From the NCBI RefSeq assembly GCF_037042905.1, contig NC_087251.1:2110001-2174000 (forward strand): a stretch of 64,000 bases of DNA, given 5' to 3'. Under the pieces are notes generated by a model. It did not search any database, was not told the origin of the DNA, and saw only the letters and a list, made by a program, of their open reading frames with translations. Each line of letters starts with the position of its first letter. The stretch's first letter is position 1. Shown one piece after another: positions 62,411 through 64,000 of the stretch. The DNA is from Lytechinus pictus. Its lineage: Eukaryota. The translations under genes were made by a program, and so were the position numbers.

Positions 62411-63494
62411 CAGTCAGTCCGCAAGCCCTGAAAAAGTAGCTTCTTTTATCCAAGTGATATTCATGACTAGAGGGTTTTTGCATAGTTAATGAGCTTGGTG
62501 CGAACCAAAACACCTCTTTTTATTTGGCCATTGCTGCTCTAAATATTGACCAAATTTCATGTTTTTGGTATCTTTGTAAGGAAGAAGAATCATTCTTTTA
62601 GGTCATGTGTTTGGATTTTTAAAAGAATGTTGTAATATAGGTAAAACTTTTGATCTAAAACATGAAACAAAATATTTTTTTTCATGCAACAAAAGTTGTT
62701 GTTTTCACACTTAATTTCTGTTTGGGCACAAATGATTTTTAAATCATGATAAAGCTGAAGATCTAAGCTTTAATATGGTATAATTTTTATAAGAAGATGT
62801 ATTTTAGATGGGTCAGCAGCCAGCTTTTCATAGGCCAAGTACATTTTGCAGCTCAAAAACAAGAATACTGCGCTCTGATTGGTTATAGACTCCACACACC
62901 CACGCAAATTCCAATGTTCCCCACACTGGGCCTCTGCAAGGTCACACTCACCATGTGGTAATCTCTTCAAATTACCCGCGCCTGTTTGTTTTGAAAACAG
63001 TATTCAGCCAATCAGAACTCTGGATTTTATGTTACTCAGAAATTTCAGAAATCTCGTCTTGCATCTTGATGGAAATAACTGGCTGCTGACCCATCTAAAA
63101 GATGCCACATATCAAGAGTGACATTTTAAGAAAGTATAGAGTTTGAGCTTTCTGATGATATAAATAATGTTGGTGCCTGAAACACAAAATGTTGCACAAT
63201 TTACAAGTGAAAACAGAGGAAGAAAATTCTGTTTGATGCATCTTTTCAGGTAAAAAATTCACTTATTTATCAAAATATTTCATTCAAAAGAAATGACCAA
63301 TATAAAAGGGTAACATTTACTCTTGCCCATGGTACAAAAATAATCAATATTACTCAAGAAGAAAGTGGTTAAATTCTTTGAGAAAGAAAGTCTCACAATT
63401 CACGAGATTTTGCAGGGACATGAATTCAGCCACGAGAGGACTTGGATAAATCTTGCTCATTTGCTCATTAACACAGGGGCTTGCGGACTGACTG
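62411..63494. mobile_element. Tc1/mariner-like MITE downstream of the PC stop codon
   Basis: Perfect 18-bp TIR cagtcagtccgcaagccc / gggcttgcggactgactg flanked by TA on both sides. Confidence 0.85.
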
Positions 63495-64000
63495 TATATA
63501 GTGCAAATTGATTGCAGTGTCTAGGATCAAATTATAGCTGTCAATTTGAACAAGAAAGGACAATTTTCACCTTGTATGCTAATGCAAAATGTCTCTGGGA
63601 AATTCCCTCTTCATGATGTAGAAGAGTAACCAGATATAAGCTGTCATTTCCATGGAATTTGATTGTATGTCCAATATTTATGGTTTAATACAATTCAATG
63701 TGAGTGATCCAGGGTTAAATTAAGAAGTGTTTCACAAGTGATAAAATACATTCACATGAAATGTTATATTACATATACACATTGTCACTTACATTTGACC
63801 TAGACAATAAATCTTACACTTCATCAAAAGAGTCAAAGATCAACTCAGTCATAGTCATTCAGTAAAGTGAAATAGATGTTGTTGTTTTTTTTTTTTCATT
63901 TCTATTGTTGTTGTCATTAATAAAAACTGGTTGAAGCGTAATGATCATTTGCAATCGGTGCTAATCGACAACTCATGAGATTTTATGCTGATTATTGTAT

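Overview
AT-rich, intron- and repeat-rich animal DNA. The TLR type and repeat families suggest an echinoderm, probably a sea urchin (inference). Main contents: (1) a complete 18-coding-exon mitochondrial pyruvate carboxylase gene on + (ATG 33075 to TAA 61918, about 1205 aa by my exon sum); (2) an intronless Toll-like receptor nested antisense in PC intron 11, broken only by one in-frame TAA; (3) a multi-exon type I membrane protein gene on - (about 19474 to 9907) that I could not assign to a known gene, with a signal peptide, an SEA-like ectodomain, a TM helix and a tail with ITIM-like tyrosines, probably needing a 7-nt microexon; (4) a 151-bp palindrome in PC intron 9 containing a minimal type I hammerhead ribozyme, flanked by a 13-bp direct repeat (Penelope-like insertion); (5) decayed tandem copies of PC exon boundaries; (6) many MITEs (hAT-, piggyBac-, Kolobok-, Tc1/mariner-like), Helentron/HINE-like elements, tRNA-derived SINEs and fragments of Penelope, HERO-like and CR1/L2-like retroelements. 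All coordinates were read by eye and no database searches were run.
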